Origin: the human T2T-CHM13v2.0 reference genome, Homo sapiens
Assembly (NCBI RefSeq): GCF_009914755.1
Contig: NC_060925.1
Strand: one strand, 5' to 3'
DNA: 64,000 nucleotides
Shown: positions 1 through 13,179 of the stretch, in pieces
Layout: each line of letters opens with the position of its first letter
Numbering within the stretch: position 1 is the stretch's first letter
Notes under the pieces: generated by a model
Told to the model about the DNA's origin: nothing
Seen by the model: only the letters and a program-made list of their open reading frames with translations
Database searches by the model: none
Program-made: the position numbers and the translations under genes

Positions 1-390
1 TTTTCCACCAGAACATGAGTTCCATTGCTGTATTCAGAACCTACTTCACTACTCAGTACACAGAAAGAACTAAATTATGGGACTTTTGACAAGCAATTAC
101 CCTCTACCAGGTTCTTTCCTCCCTTGTTCTCCTCCTTCTCTCATCTCCTTTTCCAAATTAGTTCCTCCTACCCATGCTTGAGATCTCAGTTCAAATATTC
201 ACCTTCTCAAGTGCCCCCTCCCTGAAGCAGCTTCCTCCTTCCAAGAGGGAACATGCTCCTTATATATATTTGTTGACACTATGTACCTCTTCTTTGTAGC
301 ACTTAACAGAATTCGAAATCCTAAATTTATTTGTGTACTTTTTGGATAAATTTCTTTGCCCCCTCTAGACTGGTAACTCATTAAGGGCAG

Positions 391-779
391 TGTTATGGGC
401 TGAATTATATCCCCCAAAATTCATATAATAAAGTCCTAATCCCCAGTATCTCAGAACGTGGCTATATTTAGAAATAGGGCCTTAAAGAGGTAATTAAAAT
501 AAAATAAGGTCATATAGATGGGCCTTAGTCCAATATGACTGGTGTTCTTATAAGAAAATATTAGGACACAGATACGCATGTGCACAGAGAAAAGACCACA
601 TGAAGACTGGGAGAAGACAGCTATCTACAAGCCAGGGAGGAGGCCTCAGAAAATATCAACCCTGCTGACACATTGGTCTCAAGATTTCTAGCCTCCAGAA
701 TGGTGAGAAAATAAACTTCCATCATTTATGCCACCCTGTCTGTAATATTTTGTTATAGCAGCTCTAGCAAAGTAATACA
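391..779 (+). mobile_element. MLT1A/B-type MaLR solo LTR inserted in an L2 3' end
   Basis: Starts TGTTATGGGCTGAATT and ends AATACA; typical MLT1 body (GCCTCCAGAA...GAGAAAATAAA); 5-bp TSD ggcag/gacag; L2 3'-like sequence resumes afterwards. Confidence 0.88.
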
Positions 780-868
780 GACAGGAAACATATTTGTTTT
801 GTTTACTGATATATGTCCACTCTGTGTCACAGTGTTTGGCAATACTTAGATGGAAGTATTTCAATTAA

Positions 869-1203
<335 letters not shown>

Positions 1204-1320
1204 CTGAATATTTGTTGAATAAATGAATGAAATGTTTGCTGAGTTAAATTTATTGAAAGAGGTGAGGTGGTTGTTTTTGTTTTAATTGTGGACAATTGAA
1301 GGTATCACAAACAACTGAAC

Positions 1321-1899
1321 TTTTATTAGTTTTGGGGGAACAAGAGGTGTTTGGTTACATGAATGTTCTTTAATGGTGATTTCTGAGATTTTGATGCACC
1401 CATCACCCGAGCAGTGTACACTGCACCCAATGTGTAGTCTTTTATCATTCATCCCCCTCCTAACCTTCCCCCCAACTCCCCAGAGTCCATTATATCATTC
1501 TTATACCTTTGTGTTCTCAATAGGACCAGGACAGGACTCTTCCTGCTGCTTCTTCTACTTTTATATTTCACTCAACTCTCTAAATTTATTTCAGCTTTAG
1601 GTAAGGGTAAATCCTTCTCCCATTATCTGGATTTTCAGGTTCCCCAGTAAGGATGTCTGTTCAAAGGTAGACTTTCCCCCTCTCACACTTTGGGCACTCA
1701 CAGTTTTTTGGCTGTCTCATGGAGTTTGTAACAGCAAGCCGCTTCTTTCAAAGGGTCTGTGAATTCTTTCAGTTTTCCTAGTATGTTCCTGCAGTGGTTC
1801 TTGGAGCAAAAGTTCACAATGTGAGTCTTCACATGCTGTTCTGTCCATCTAAGTGGGTGCTGCAAGTTCATCCTGCCTGCTATCCACCATTTTTCCCCC
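1321..1899 (-). mobile_element. L1PB element reduced to 5' UTR start (about 1524-1899) fused to 3' end (about 1321-1523)
   Basis: 1321-1523 matches the L1PB 3' UTR (GGTGATTTCTGAGATTTTG.TGCACCCATCACCCGAGCAGTGTACACT); 1524-1899 matches the L1PB 5' terminus (minus strand GGGGGAAAAATGGTGGATAG...TTGCAGC...GAACTTTTGCTCCAAGAAC). Confidence 0.8.
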
Positions 1900-2419
1900 G
1901 AATTTTACAATGAACAACTGAGTGGGGTAAACAGTGGCTTAGGACAATGACTTTAGTAACTTAGAACCCAGGTTTTGGCAAGTTCTGCTTCTACCAGTGG
2001 TCTGAATGTGGTCTTTTCAGGTTCCAGATGATACACTCCATGGCAGAATTACTTATTAACTTATTACCTCTTTTAGAAATTCTAGGTTTTCCACTCATAG
2101 TGGAAAATGATCAAATATAGGGAGTATACTCTCTGTATATGTATAGTACACATATGTATATATATATATATATGAATAAACCATGGATACAATTTTATGA
2201 AATAATAATTAAGCTGACTATTCTAAAGCTTATTCATAGAAAATTACATCTCAAATATATAAGGTGGGAATGAGATGAGATTGGTAAGGTCCCATTCCCT
2301 ATCTTTATTTAAATCATCCAACTCTCAGTTGAGTGCTAGTGATGAAAGATCTCAGATTTTATACAGATTTTTTGTTACTCTCTATAATTATTCCCTCTTA
2401 TCCACAGAAGTCATGAGTT

Positions 2420-2600
2420 ATGGGTAGAAAAGACATTGGCCTAAGAATCAGTAAATTTTCATGTCAGTTTTTGCTACTAACTTGTGACTATGTGATTCTG
2501 GCCAAGTTATTTCTTCTGCCTGAGCCTCAGTCTTCTCAACTGTAAAATGAGATATTTATACCAGATGGCCACTATGGTACATTTCATATCTGATATTCTA
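2420..2600 (+). mobile_element. MIR
   Basis: Core TGTGATTCTGGCCAAGTTA...CTGAGCCTCAGT...CTGTAAAATGAG. Confidence 0.7.
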
Positions 2601-3429
2601 AGCCATGATGAATCAGCCTAAGCCATCGTGAGTCATGCCCAAATTCCTGCAAAGAGTATTTGTGTTTTTTCATTAAAAGGATTCCTCTGTACTCTTTTTC
2701 AATTAACTTCCTCTTGCCTAATTCTTCCCTGCACTTGCTGCCTGCATACCTCTGCATCAAATGTAGTTCCCCTAATTATCCATCCACTGACAAACCTTTA
2801 ATCCTTTAAGATCCGGCTTAAACCACACCCATTCCAGGAGGTCTTCATTCAACATACTCACAGAACACCGCTTGCATCTCTGCTGAACCATCAGTTAGCC
2901 TAATTGGAAAATAGTTATTTATTTACATGCCTATCTCCTCTTCTAAATCAGACTCTCAGAGTGTGGGGACTAACACATTACCTGGCATGCTGAAGATGTT
3001 TCATCATTTTGCCAGTTTGAATAAAGTATTCTCTTTCTTAAAATTATTTGCCCACATGAATTGAAGCTTTTTTTTTTTTTTTTTTTTTTTGTGGAAAGGA
3101 ACTACTACTAGGATCAGCCTCAGAGAAGAGGAGAAAAACCTCGGCAGTGGCCCTTCATGTGATGGCTGCTTAATCTGCACTGGGGTCCTGGGGCAGAGAA
3201 TATCAGCTCCCAGCAGTTTTAAAGGCCCCCCCTCCTTCTGGCCTTCCAGGGGGAATAGCAACTAGAGTTCTGGAAGCCATAGGTCTGATAATAGTGGCCA
3301 GAGACAGAAGCCTCCAGCCTCTGGAGACAGTGGCTTGATCTAGGGCTGTTTGATACCCATAGCACCAGGAGCAGAGGAAAATGAAGAAAAATGAGGACAG
3401 ATAGAGGAATAATAAAAAGCTAGCATGTA

Positions 3430-3625
3430 TTGACTGCCAACCACACATCAAGAAAAGCTGAGCACTTTAGACATGTTACTGCTAATCCTCATAACTTATC
3501 AATAGGACCCATAATAATTGTCCTTATTTTACAGATGAGGCTAAGAAAAGTTAACAAAATGTCACATAGTAGTAGCAGCAGATGGAGTTGGGATTCAAAC
3601 CTAGGTTGGACTGGTCTTTTCTCTG
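3430..3625 (-). mobile_element. MIR
   Basis: ATTTTACAGATGAGG...GTCACATAG...GGGATTCAAACCTAGG. Confidence 0.7.
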
Positions 3626-4242
3626 TAACACTGCCTCTATCTTTAGCACCCTATGACTTTCCTTTCCCAAATACATCATCCCTTCATCTAGGTGACTGTG
3701 TCTCATTTCTGAAGAATCTGCATTCAAACTAGTTTAAGTATTATCCCTTTATAGGATGTTTACATTAAAGATAGAAAAATTTTCAAGACACAAAATAATC
3801 TTATATAAAGTCATAGAGGTATGTCAAAACCACCTTTGACCTGTAAGGTCTGGGTTTTAGTCCCAGCTCTGCTCTAGTCCGTCTCTGCTGTTAAAACACT
3901 GTATGTCCTTGGGCAATTAAAGTTTCAGTTTATTCATCAGTAAAATAAGGGGTAGCACTATGTGATATCTAAAAGCCCTTATATCTCTGGCATCTAAGGC
4001 ATTTAATCAGACTTTTGCGGGTTCCTCAATACTATGTATAACATAATTTCTATAAACTTATTAAAGATGACCCATTCCTATATTGGGGGTGGCCTCCACT
4101 AGAGAGTCCAGAAGGCAATGAATGGATAATTACAATTATTGTGATTAATAAACATAATTATAATTCACTCTGTACTTATACATGATCCACAGTGCAGAAA
4201 AGACTGCACCCTGGAAAAGGATTAATGGGAAAGTGATCCTGT

Positions 4243-4991
4243 TGATATGAACAGGAGGCAGGGAAATACTGGGTAGAAGAGGGCAGTTCCCTGGTAAAGG
4301 CCCCACCTTCAAGCCTGGAAACCCATGGACCTAAATGAGAAAAGGCATTCCTGTTTCATGCCCAATGTTGCCTTTTGGCCCACCACACCCCCTGTCCTGT
4401 ACCCATACAAACCTCAAACCCCAGGCTCCACGAGCAGAAGAGTGGCAGGCGGCAGAGCGGCACAGCAGAGAAGGAGAGAAGAGAAGGAGCATCTAAACAT
4501 CAAGAGGAGTTCAGCTGAGGACAGTCAGAGAGAAGACTGGCCATGGGACAGCTGAACTCCAGGGAAAGATCATCTTCCCACTCCATCCTCTTTCCAGCTC
4601 CCCAATCATCCTGCTGAGAGCCACCTCCATCACTCAATAAAATCCCCACATTCATAATTCTTCAAGTCTGACTGACCTGATTCTTCCTGGATACAAAAAA
4701 AAGACCCAGGTACTAAGAGGGCAGGGTGTAAAAGGCTGTCACCCTGACTGTCCACTGAGCTGGTTTAACACTTAGCTATCTGTGGATGGCAACTGCTAAA
4801 AGAACATTAATTGTAACACACCCCTAGATGCTACCATGGAGCTGGAGCCTAAAAGTGCTCACTCCGGCTTTTGTACCTGCCCATCTGTGGGCTCCCCATC
4901 CAGTAAGGGGTTTGAGCAAGCAGTGTCTGAATAAATGAGCCACAACATTGTCGCACATCCCATGAGGGAGTTAGGGAACTCTCCTGTTCCA
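4243..4991 (+). mobile_element. MER50 (ERV1) solo LTR
   Basis: TGATATGAACAGGAGGCAGGGAAATACTGGGTAGAAGAGGG start, about 750 bp, AATAAA, CA end; 4-bp TSD ctgt/cagt. Confidence 0.85.
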
Positions 4992-5009
4992 CAGTGATGA
5001 ATAATTAGT

Positions 5010-6530
5010 TTTCATCTTAATATTTAATCAACATTTAACCGTTGATCACTGTTGCCTTTATTGAAAGGTTTTCTCATTTGGCTTCATGTCATTATACTCT
5101 CCAGCTTCCCTCTTAACTCATTGCTCACTCTTTGTCAGTGATATTTGTTGGGTCCTCCTTCTCTTTCAGACTTTTAAATGCTAGAGAACCCCTCAGGCTC
5201 TTGCCTCATCTCTTTCTTCTTCTTCTCTATCTACACTTGCTTTCTAAGAGATCTTATCCATTCTCTTGAATTTAAATATCATCTCCATGCTAATGACTCC
5301 CAAAAATACAGTAAAACCTCATGTAACATCTCTGATAGGTTCTTCGAAACTGTGACTTTAAGCAAAATGATTATGATGTATAATTAAGTCAATTTTACCA
5401 TAGGCTAGTTGATATAAATAAGAGTTAAATTCTAGATGTTTCTGGTCACAAAAACATAAGCTTCTAAATAACGACTCAAAATACTTCTAATATTAAACAT
5501 TGAAACAAATATGAACTATACAAGCATTTAAGAAACATTAATTTTAAAAAGACAATTACTTACCAGCTTATTCCAGTTCAGGGTAGTATGTAGCTGGAGC
5601 CTATCCCAGCATTTCAGGGTATAAGGTGGAAACCAACCCTGGGCAGGACACCATTCCACTGCAGGGCACACATACAGCCACACTCACACAGGGATAATTT
5701 AGACATGACAATTAACCTTATGTGCACATCTTTGGGATGAGGAAGGGATCAGAATACCCAGAGAAAAACCATGCAGACACGGGGAGAAAATGCAAACTCC
5801 ACACAGACAGTGGCCCTAGCCAGGAATCAACTTTTCGAAGTCGACTTTTTAATAAAAACAACACATATTTCAAGCACTCGATCCAACTACTTAATTGAAA
5901 TTTCATCTTAGATGTTTAACAGGTATGTCAAATTCATCACATACAAAATTCACCTCATAATCTCCATCTCCCAATTCTAGTATTATAAATATTAGCAAAT
6001 GGAAACATCATTTACCAAGACGTTTACCAAGGCCAAAACCAGGGCGTCATCCTTAATTACTCTCTTTCCCTCACTCATTAAATTCAATCCATCACAAGTT
6101 CTTCTGACTCTGCCTAACATTTCTCCATCTCCACTAATACAATTCTGGTCAAAGCCACCATCATTTCTCACATGAACTATTATACAAACCTAACTGCTCT
6201 CCTTGATTCCATATGTGTCCCCAATCCCCCCAACATGAAAGTGTGTATCAAAACATGTCACTCCCTTGCCCATTAGCTTCCCATCAAACACAGACTAAAA
6301 TCCAAACTCCTTAGTAGAGCCTACAAGGCTCTATGGTATCTGACCTATCTCTCTGACTTCATCTTCTGTTCTCTGACCCATTCAATTCATTCCAGCATAA
6401 TACTTTTTTGCTATTCTTCAAAGACATTAAATTTTTTCAGCCTTAGGACCTTTGTAGTTGCTATTCCCTTCACTTAGAACACACTTTCCACAGATCTTTG
6501 CATGCTATTCTAATTTTCATGTCACTTCCT
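5010..6530 (+). mobile_element. L2 remnant interrupted by MER6
   Basis: Degenerate L2 RT motifs (TTTAAATATCATCTCCATGCTAATGACTCCCAAA, a YADD remnant) and pyrimidine-rich L2 3' region. Confidence 0.75.
5309..5840 (-). mobile_element. MER6/MER6A (TcMar-Tigger) DNA transposon fossil
   Basis: TA then CAGTAAAACCTC...GATAGGTTCTT.GAAACTG.GACTTTAAGC terminus; GCAAACTCCACACAGACAGTGGCCC block; right terminus missing. Confidence 0.82.
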
Positions 6531-8726
6531 CATAAAGCAAAGACCAATGAGTATGTAGCATGTCATTCTCAAAATGAAGCAGGTACCAATTAGTGATGAA
6601 TTCGCCTTCCCAGTACTGCCCAGAAAGTTCAACCGGAGAGACAATCGTAGTGTGCACTCCCTCCTCAAAAAGCCAATTCTTTCTTAGGGGAGAGTCTTTA
6701 CTACAATGAAGAAATAGGGTCCTGGTCTCCCTGGGTATGCTTCCTACATCTTTGGAAATATAAAAAAATTTTGTCTCATATTTTGATTCTATAAAAGAGA
6801 ACATAAAAACAGACATTGTGAGTCAACTATGAAGATCCTTCCAAAGTACTCCCCCAAAATTAGGATCCTGGGGGGATCAGAAGAAACCTATCTTATATCA
6901 CTATGTTTCAGAAAACCAAGATTTTTCTATGGATTAATTTGAATTTCTTCCCCATTCATCATGACTTCTTTTTGTAAAAAGGAAGAGAACTTGCTTTCTA
7001 ACTCCTGCCTTGTTGGATGTTCTGATAAACGACAGACACAGACACCTTCACATGCCTTCAAATGTTCCAAGAGACTATTAATCCAATAAACTAGATGCCC
7101 TGAAAACAAGTGACTGATTAGCTATGCTGATTTGTAGATGTGTTTCCTAAAGCAGATTAATGTTATTTTCAGGCAAGCAACTGTCTCTTCTATCACCTTA
7201 CATTTTTCAAATACCCCCACCTCACCATCTCAAAATGTTGAAAAATAAGACACTATCAGCACAGCAAACAGTGCCAAGAATTTCTTTTACGGCTTTATTT
7301 CCATTTACATGGCAAATGTAAACTCAGAGCAAAGTGACCTTGGTTATCAAAAATAAGAAGGCAACATCAGGATTGATGGGCCCCACTATTAGTATTTCAT
7401 TCTGACAGGCAGGAAAGAAGTGTGTTAGTGCTGAAGGTTTGTTGAGCTGTGGTTCTCAATGTAGGCAAAGTGGGAAATGCCTTCCTGTGGAGAGTCATTT
7501 CCATTTAAACAAAAGGAGCTTTGTTGATACCTGGCAGTTACCTAAATAGAATAACCACTTCCTAACCAAGAGCTTTAAACTCAAATCTTAAAAACAAACT
7601 TCACCTGATTGACCTCAAAGCCACATGTCCAGTAGGTTTTCAGCCACCCCAAATTGGTGTCTCTGACATGGAATGATGAACAGCAACTCCAACAAGAAAT
7701 GTTGTAGAGACTTTCCCTGAGTAGATGTCCTGATCAGGATAACTGAGCACAAGAACCAACTTACAAAATGCAGGGAATGACACTTTGTCCTAATGGGCAA
7801 AGGTGGCATATAAAGTGACTGGGGGCAAAAGAGTTACGGCTGGGCCAACAAAGAAGACTGGTTGCCTTTCTTTATCTGTCAGGCTGTTTCCCTCCCTCCT
7901 GCTTCTCTGTGTCCTCCTGCAGATGCTCATCCTGTGTACTCATCTTGCTATTAGTTGATAGCCAACATCTTCACATTGAGACTATTCCTTGATTGTAAGC
8001 TATTGAGGGTAGCTTATCATAACCCTACTTCCTCAGTCTCTGTACATACGGAGATGAATTATCTGCAACTTACATCCAGACCCAGGCTCTATACCTAGGA
8101 GAACCAGAGCAAGCAATATTTATCAGGAGATCCACTGTAAGGATGGAAGTAGAGAGGGGCCTGCAATGGGCTCTGCTGTCCTAATCCAATTTTGTAATAA
8201 GTAGCATATATATCTGAAAAACACAGGTACTAGAGTAAGAATATTCAACCTCTATTAAATGGTTCCTATATTCCAGGCTCTGTGAATTTTTCTTCTCAAC
8301 TATCCTAGGAGGCAGGCATTATAATCCCTGTTTTACTGAAGGAAAAACTGAGGATTACTAAGGGCAAGGAATTTGCACTGAGGTCACATAACCAATAAAT
8401 GGATGACCACTCCAAGCCTCAGTCTATTCGTCTGTAAACAGGAAATAACTTCTTTAGAGTATTCGTGAAAAATAAGGAGAAACAGTACTTGGCACTCAGT
8501 AGAAGTCCTGCTTACCTGTGCAAACGCCTATCTTTCTACTTCCTCCATCTCATTCATACAGCATTACACTCAAGTGTGTTATATCTTACTGGGACACATG
8601 CTTCACTTCGTTCCTTGTCTGAATTCTAAACATCCTCTAGGTCCCATGTCCATGTCTTTAGGCTCATCTCTCTCACCCATCCTCCCTACTCTTCATTGTC
8701 CACTCCACCACAATTAGTACTCCAAT

Positions 8727-9245
8727 TATGGCAGGCCAGGTTTCCATTAGCAACCAGAGTAGCCAGTTTCCACTAACCCTTTACTATAATTCTGATGAAT
8801 GTATTAATTAAACATTAAAGAATTAGAGAAACTGGTGCCTGAGTATGAGGGCTGGAATGCAAAAACCAACCCATTAAGGCCCCACCTGGGTTTTATCAGA
8901 CCCTAAAATCTAATCAAATAATAAAAGCATTCTTACACATACACCTCATACCAGACCCCAATTAAGATTAGGAAACTTTCCAAGACTCTAGATAAAGCTT
9001 TCCAGACCCCAGACCCTAGTTAAAGATTAGATATAGATTGAATGAAACACTCCTGCTTATGGGTACACTCTCGTGTAGGCATGGAGCTTAAAATGTATAT
9101 AAGCACCAGAAAAAAAAAAAATGTAACTTTGAGTTGGTCTGGTGAGTAACTCCAACCTTCTCCCTGTAACCTTCTTTCCTAGTCTGTCTGCATCTTATTA
9201 TTGGACAGTGAGAACAAGCAGCCAGACTTTATTTGTCTGGGAACA
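8727..9245 (+). mobile_element. ERVL-class solo LTR (MER54/MER73/LTR47 group)
   Basis: T(A)TGGCAGGCCAGG start, TATA-like GTATATAAGC, GGGAACA end; 5-bp TSD ccaat/ccact. Confidence 0.7.
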
Positions 9246-10543
9246 CCACTATTCCAAAAGAGATAACCATCCTTTGCTTGAACACTTTTACTAACAAGAA
9301 ATCATTTTCCTGTGAAACAGTTCGTTTGATTATTGGTTAGCGCTGAACATTTAGAAAAAAAAATGTTTATTATACATAAGCAAGAACTGGTGCAAAGATT
9401 TAATTACAAGGATAATCACTGCTCCTAATTGGAAACTTCAGTGTCTGACATAGGAAGCTTATTGCATAAATTGTGAAACAACTTTTCAATGGAAAATAAT
9501 AGAGCTCTTAAAAATGAAGATGAAGAACCACATTTATTGACATGGAAAGATATTCATTGATCTATTGATAATTGAAAAAATCAAGTTTCAAAGCCTACTA
9601 CAGTTTATATGGGTCTTACATTTATAATAATAGTCCCCATATTATAGTTTTGCATATGTCTGTCTTCATCTCAAGAGGAAATGTACTTTGAGAACAAGGT
9701 CTTGTTTTATTACTTATGTATTAATTTCAGCAGGCCTGCAGTGAGCACCATGTGTGCGTACATACATTAAAAGCTGGAGGCTCAGACAAATTGGACCCTT
9801 TGGTCTATCAGTGTCTACTGCAGTTTTAGGCACAAAATAGCTTTAGCATGTATGAGTTAAATTATATTGAATTACACTGGAATGGGTTGAATTAGATTAC
9901 AAGGATTTCTGTAATTTTGGCTACTGAATAGGATTTAGTAGAAAGCAAAGAAAACTGCATTGGAATAAAAAGATTAAGCCATAAATAGCAGCTCAGACAC
10001 TTATCAGCTGTTTACTTTCAAACCTTAGGTGCTTCATTTATGAAATGAAAATAATACTGTTTACCTCACAAGTCTGAGGTAATAGTTTAATATAATTAAG
10101 TGTGTAAAAGTTACTCACACAATCTCTGACATATAGCATATGTTCAATAAATGGTTTCCAAAAAAACAAAAATGCAAAAAGCAAAGTAAATAAAACAAAC
10201 AACAAAAACACTGAAACTGAAGTCCTAGCTTGTGTCAGGGGCTATGCTTGATGTTAGAAGTACAGAGATTGAATTATCTTCCCAGCCAATCAAAAGTTGA
10301 CCTCATGCTCTTCCAGACATCAGTATGTCTCCACTGCGTGCATGGAGAACACTGTAGGCAAAAGCTGGCAGCAAAGTTGACAAATATCACATTGTGATCA
10401 CAGGACTGATCCAGTCCTTACTTTACCCAGTCCAGCTCAGAAAGTGAAATAAAGCTTTTTTACCCCGAGAAAGGGCCATGTACCCACAGGCTCTGACTTC
10501 CGTGCCCTCATTTTACTCACAGTCACATATTACTGGTATGCTG

Positions 10544-10651
10544 AAGGTAACCAACTATCCTGGTTCGCCCAGAACCGGTATCCTGGGACATAGTACTTCA
10601 CAATTAAAATCAGGACAGTCCCAGGCAGATGAAGAGGTGGTTGGTGACCCT
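10544..10651. mobile_element. MER81/MER94-type hAT-Blackjack MITE
   Basis: TIRs AAGGTAACCAAC...GTTGGTGACCCT around about 110 bp with CCTGGGAC/GTCCCAGG subrepeats. Confidence 0.7.
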
Positions 10652-11509
10652 TGATATGATGATGGCTCCCAAGAGAGCCTGATGAGTGTCGACGTGCACC
10701 ATGTCTTTGAGGTGCAGATGACAGTAGAGGTTGTCTACAGGACTGGCCGATATCAGTCACTTGGATTAAGTTATGGATCATCTTTCCACCAAGAAGATTT
10801 TTCTCCAAAGCCCATAGCTTTTTCTGATGCTTTGGTCTGAAATAATCATCAGTTTTTAAATCATTCCATAAAGATCCTAGCAGAGTGGAAAACCACATAG
10901 GCTCTGAAGTCAGAGAGCCCTATTTTAGAATATACTTTCTGCTATTAACTAGCTTATGACTTATAACTGGAAAAGATACAATTTCTTCAAGCCTCAGTTT
11001 CCTTATCTGTAAAACAAACTCATATGCCAGTCATAAGAATTAAATGAGCTAATAAACATAAAACATATAGTAGAATAATAAATTCAAATGAATTCTGTGT
11101 ATCTAATAATTCATTCCCACTGAAGTTCATAATTTTCTATAGTCATTATAATTTTTAGTAACAATGATTATGAAAAAAGCTGGTGAATTTAATTAAAAGT
11201 CCTAAGCACATGATATTTCTGAGAAAAGCAAACTGTTGCTGTTTTATTGCAACAGTTTTCTAAAAGGCAGCATGTAAGTGTCCATATATACACAAATGAA
11301 CAAGACGACAACTACCAACTAATTTCTAAATGTACTCAGGACAGCTTAGTAGGTACCTTTCAATTCAGAGGAAAGCCCACTTCTCTATTATATTTCAATA
11401 ATTATTATAGCTGTATGCAATATGAACATAGGTATTATTTTTAAAAAGGAAGAAATACATATAGAACAAATACTGGGAGAAAACGAATCCGCATGTTATT
11501 GTGGTTGTA

Positions 11510-11795
11510 TTTTTTTTAATTTTTATTTTTTTTGAGATGGAGTCACTCTGTTGCCCAGGCTGGAGTACAGTGGCACAACCTCTGCCTTCCAGGTTCAAGC
11601 AATTCTCCTGTTTCTGCTTCCCAAATAGCTGGGATTACAGGCACCTGCCACCACACCTGGCTAATTTTTTGTATTTTTAATAAAGAAAGAGTTTCACCGT
11701 GTTGGCCAGGCTGCTCTCGAACTCCTGATCTCAGGTGATCTGCCCACCTCAGCCTCTCAAAGGGCTGGGATTACAGGCTTTAGCCACCATGCCTG
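11510..11795 (-). mobile_element. AluS
   Basis: Poly-T then the Alu dimer, with a small right-arm deletion. Confidence 0.92.
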
Positions 11796-12046
11796 TGTAT
11801 TCAAATACACTGTGTATTTGAATAGTGGGTGTTTCACCTTCTCAGTGGATTTTCTTAATATTCTAAAATAAGCATGAATATTTCTTAATATTCTAAAATA
11901 AACATTTATTGCAATGATATTTAAAAAGCTTTTAATTTTCAAAGTCCCTCTGACAGCCATCATCATTCCTAACTGATTTCTATTTAGCCCTCTATCCTCA
12001 TCTCTCATTCCTCTATCACAGAACCAGACACAGAATTAAGAAGTAC

Positions 12047-12326
12047 TTTATTTATTTATTTATGTAGCCCAGGCTGGAGTGCAGTGGCACGATCTGGCTC
12101 ACTGCAACCTCCGCCTCCTGGTTCAAGCAATTCTTGTGCCTCATCCTCTGGAGTAGCTGGGACTACAGGTGCCCACCATCATGCCCATCTAATTTTTTTG
12201 CATTTTAGTATGGACAGAGTTTCACCATGTTGTCCAGGGTGGCCTCAAACTCCTGAGCTCAGGCAATCCACCTGCCTCGGCCTCCCAAAGTGCTGGCATT
12301 ACAGGCATGAGCCACCGTACCTGGCC
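12047..12326 (-). mobile_element. Alu (S/J) with (TTTA)n tail, 3' end partly deleted
   Basis: Alu dimer; TSD aagaagtactt/aataagtactt. Confidence 0.9.
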
Positions 12327-13112
12327 AATAAGTACTTAAAAATACTTTTTAGATTATAAAGCACTTTCAAATGTGCTAAATCATTTAAAGTTTAAAAACC
12401 CTTTAACAAAGATATAGTCTTCCTATTCATTCGCCATTTTTCACTGTCTCCCTACACACACACACACATACACACACACGCACGCATTACTTAATCTCTT
12501 CTGTGTTCCTTTAGCTGATTGTACCCAGTCTCATGGACCATGATAACTTTTAAAGTTTACCTCCAACCCTGGCCTCTCCCATTGAGCCCGATTCCCATAT
12601 TCAACTGTTTAATCAATATCTGTAATTGAATGTATAATAGGTATCTCAAATCTATATCAAAACAGATCTCTTTGATTTCCTCTATGAAACTTGTTTCTTC
12701 TCCATTTCCTCACATTAATTAGTAGATGCCACCTTCCTTCCACTTGGATGCTAAGGACAAAAAAAAATAGTCAACCTTGATTTTTCCCATTTGACATCTC
12801 CTGCATCCAGTCTATCACAAGTACTATGATCTCATATGAATGTTGTTGTAATCTGAATTTCAGTGATTTCTATGTAGGAAGTGCTCATATAGCAACCCTC
12901 TTATGTGACCCAGATGTGGGTTTCATCTGGAAAACACTACAGAGAACCCCACACAACTAGTAGAAATTGCAGATGATTTTCCCTACCTTCAGGAATGACT
13001 ACAACCAGCCTCTCAAATTTATAATGCAGAAGCAAGAAGTAAGCATCAGTATCTATGTTCCCATATATTTCCAAGCTCTTGTATGTGTCAAACTTTTCAA
13101 AAAATCCAACTA

Positions 13113-13179
13113 TACACTCCAGCATGGGCAACAGAGCAAGACCCTGTCTCAAAAAAAAAAAAAAAAAAAAAAAAGAGAG
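13113..13179 (+). mobile_element. Severely 5'-truncated Alu (last about 38 nt plus A24)
   Basis: CACTCCAGCATGGGCAACAGAGCAAGACCCTGTCTC-A24; TSD aatccaacta/aatctaacta. Confidence 0.85.

Noticed and set aside
1300-1925. TSD for the collapsed L1PB (aacaactga on both sides)
   Set aside because: The right copy is offset about 12 nt from the element end, so it cannot be called confidently
3068-3420. Orphan poly-T suggesting a minus-strand processed pseudogene
   Set aside because: No polyadenylation signal at the expected distance, no TSD and no recognisable parent
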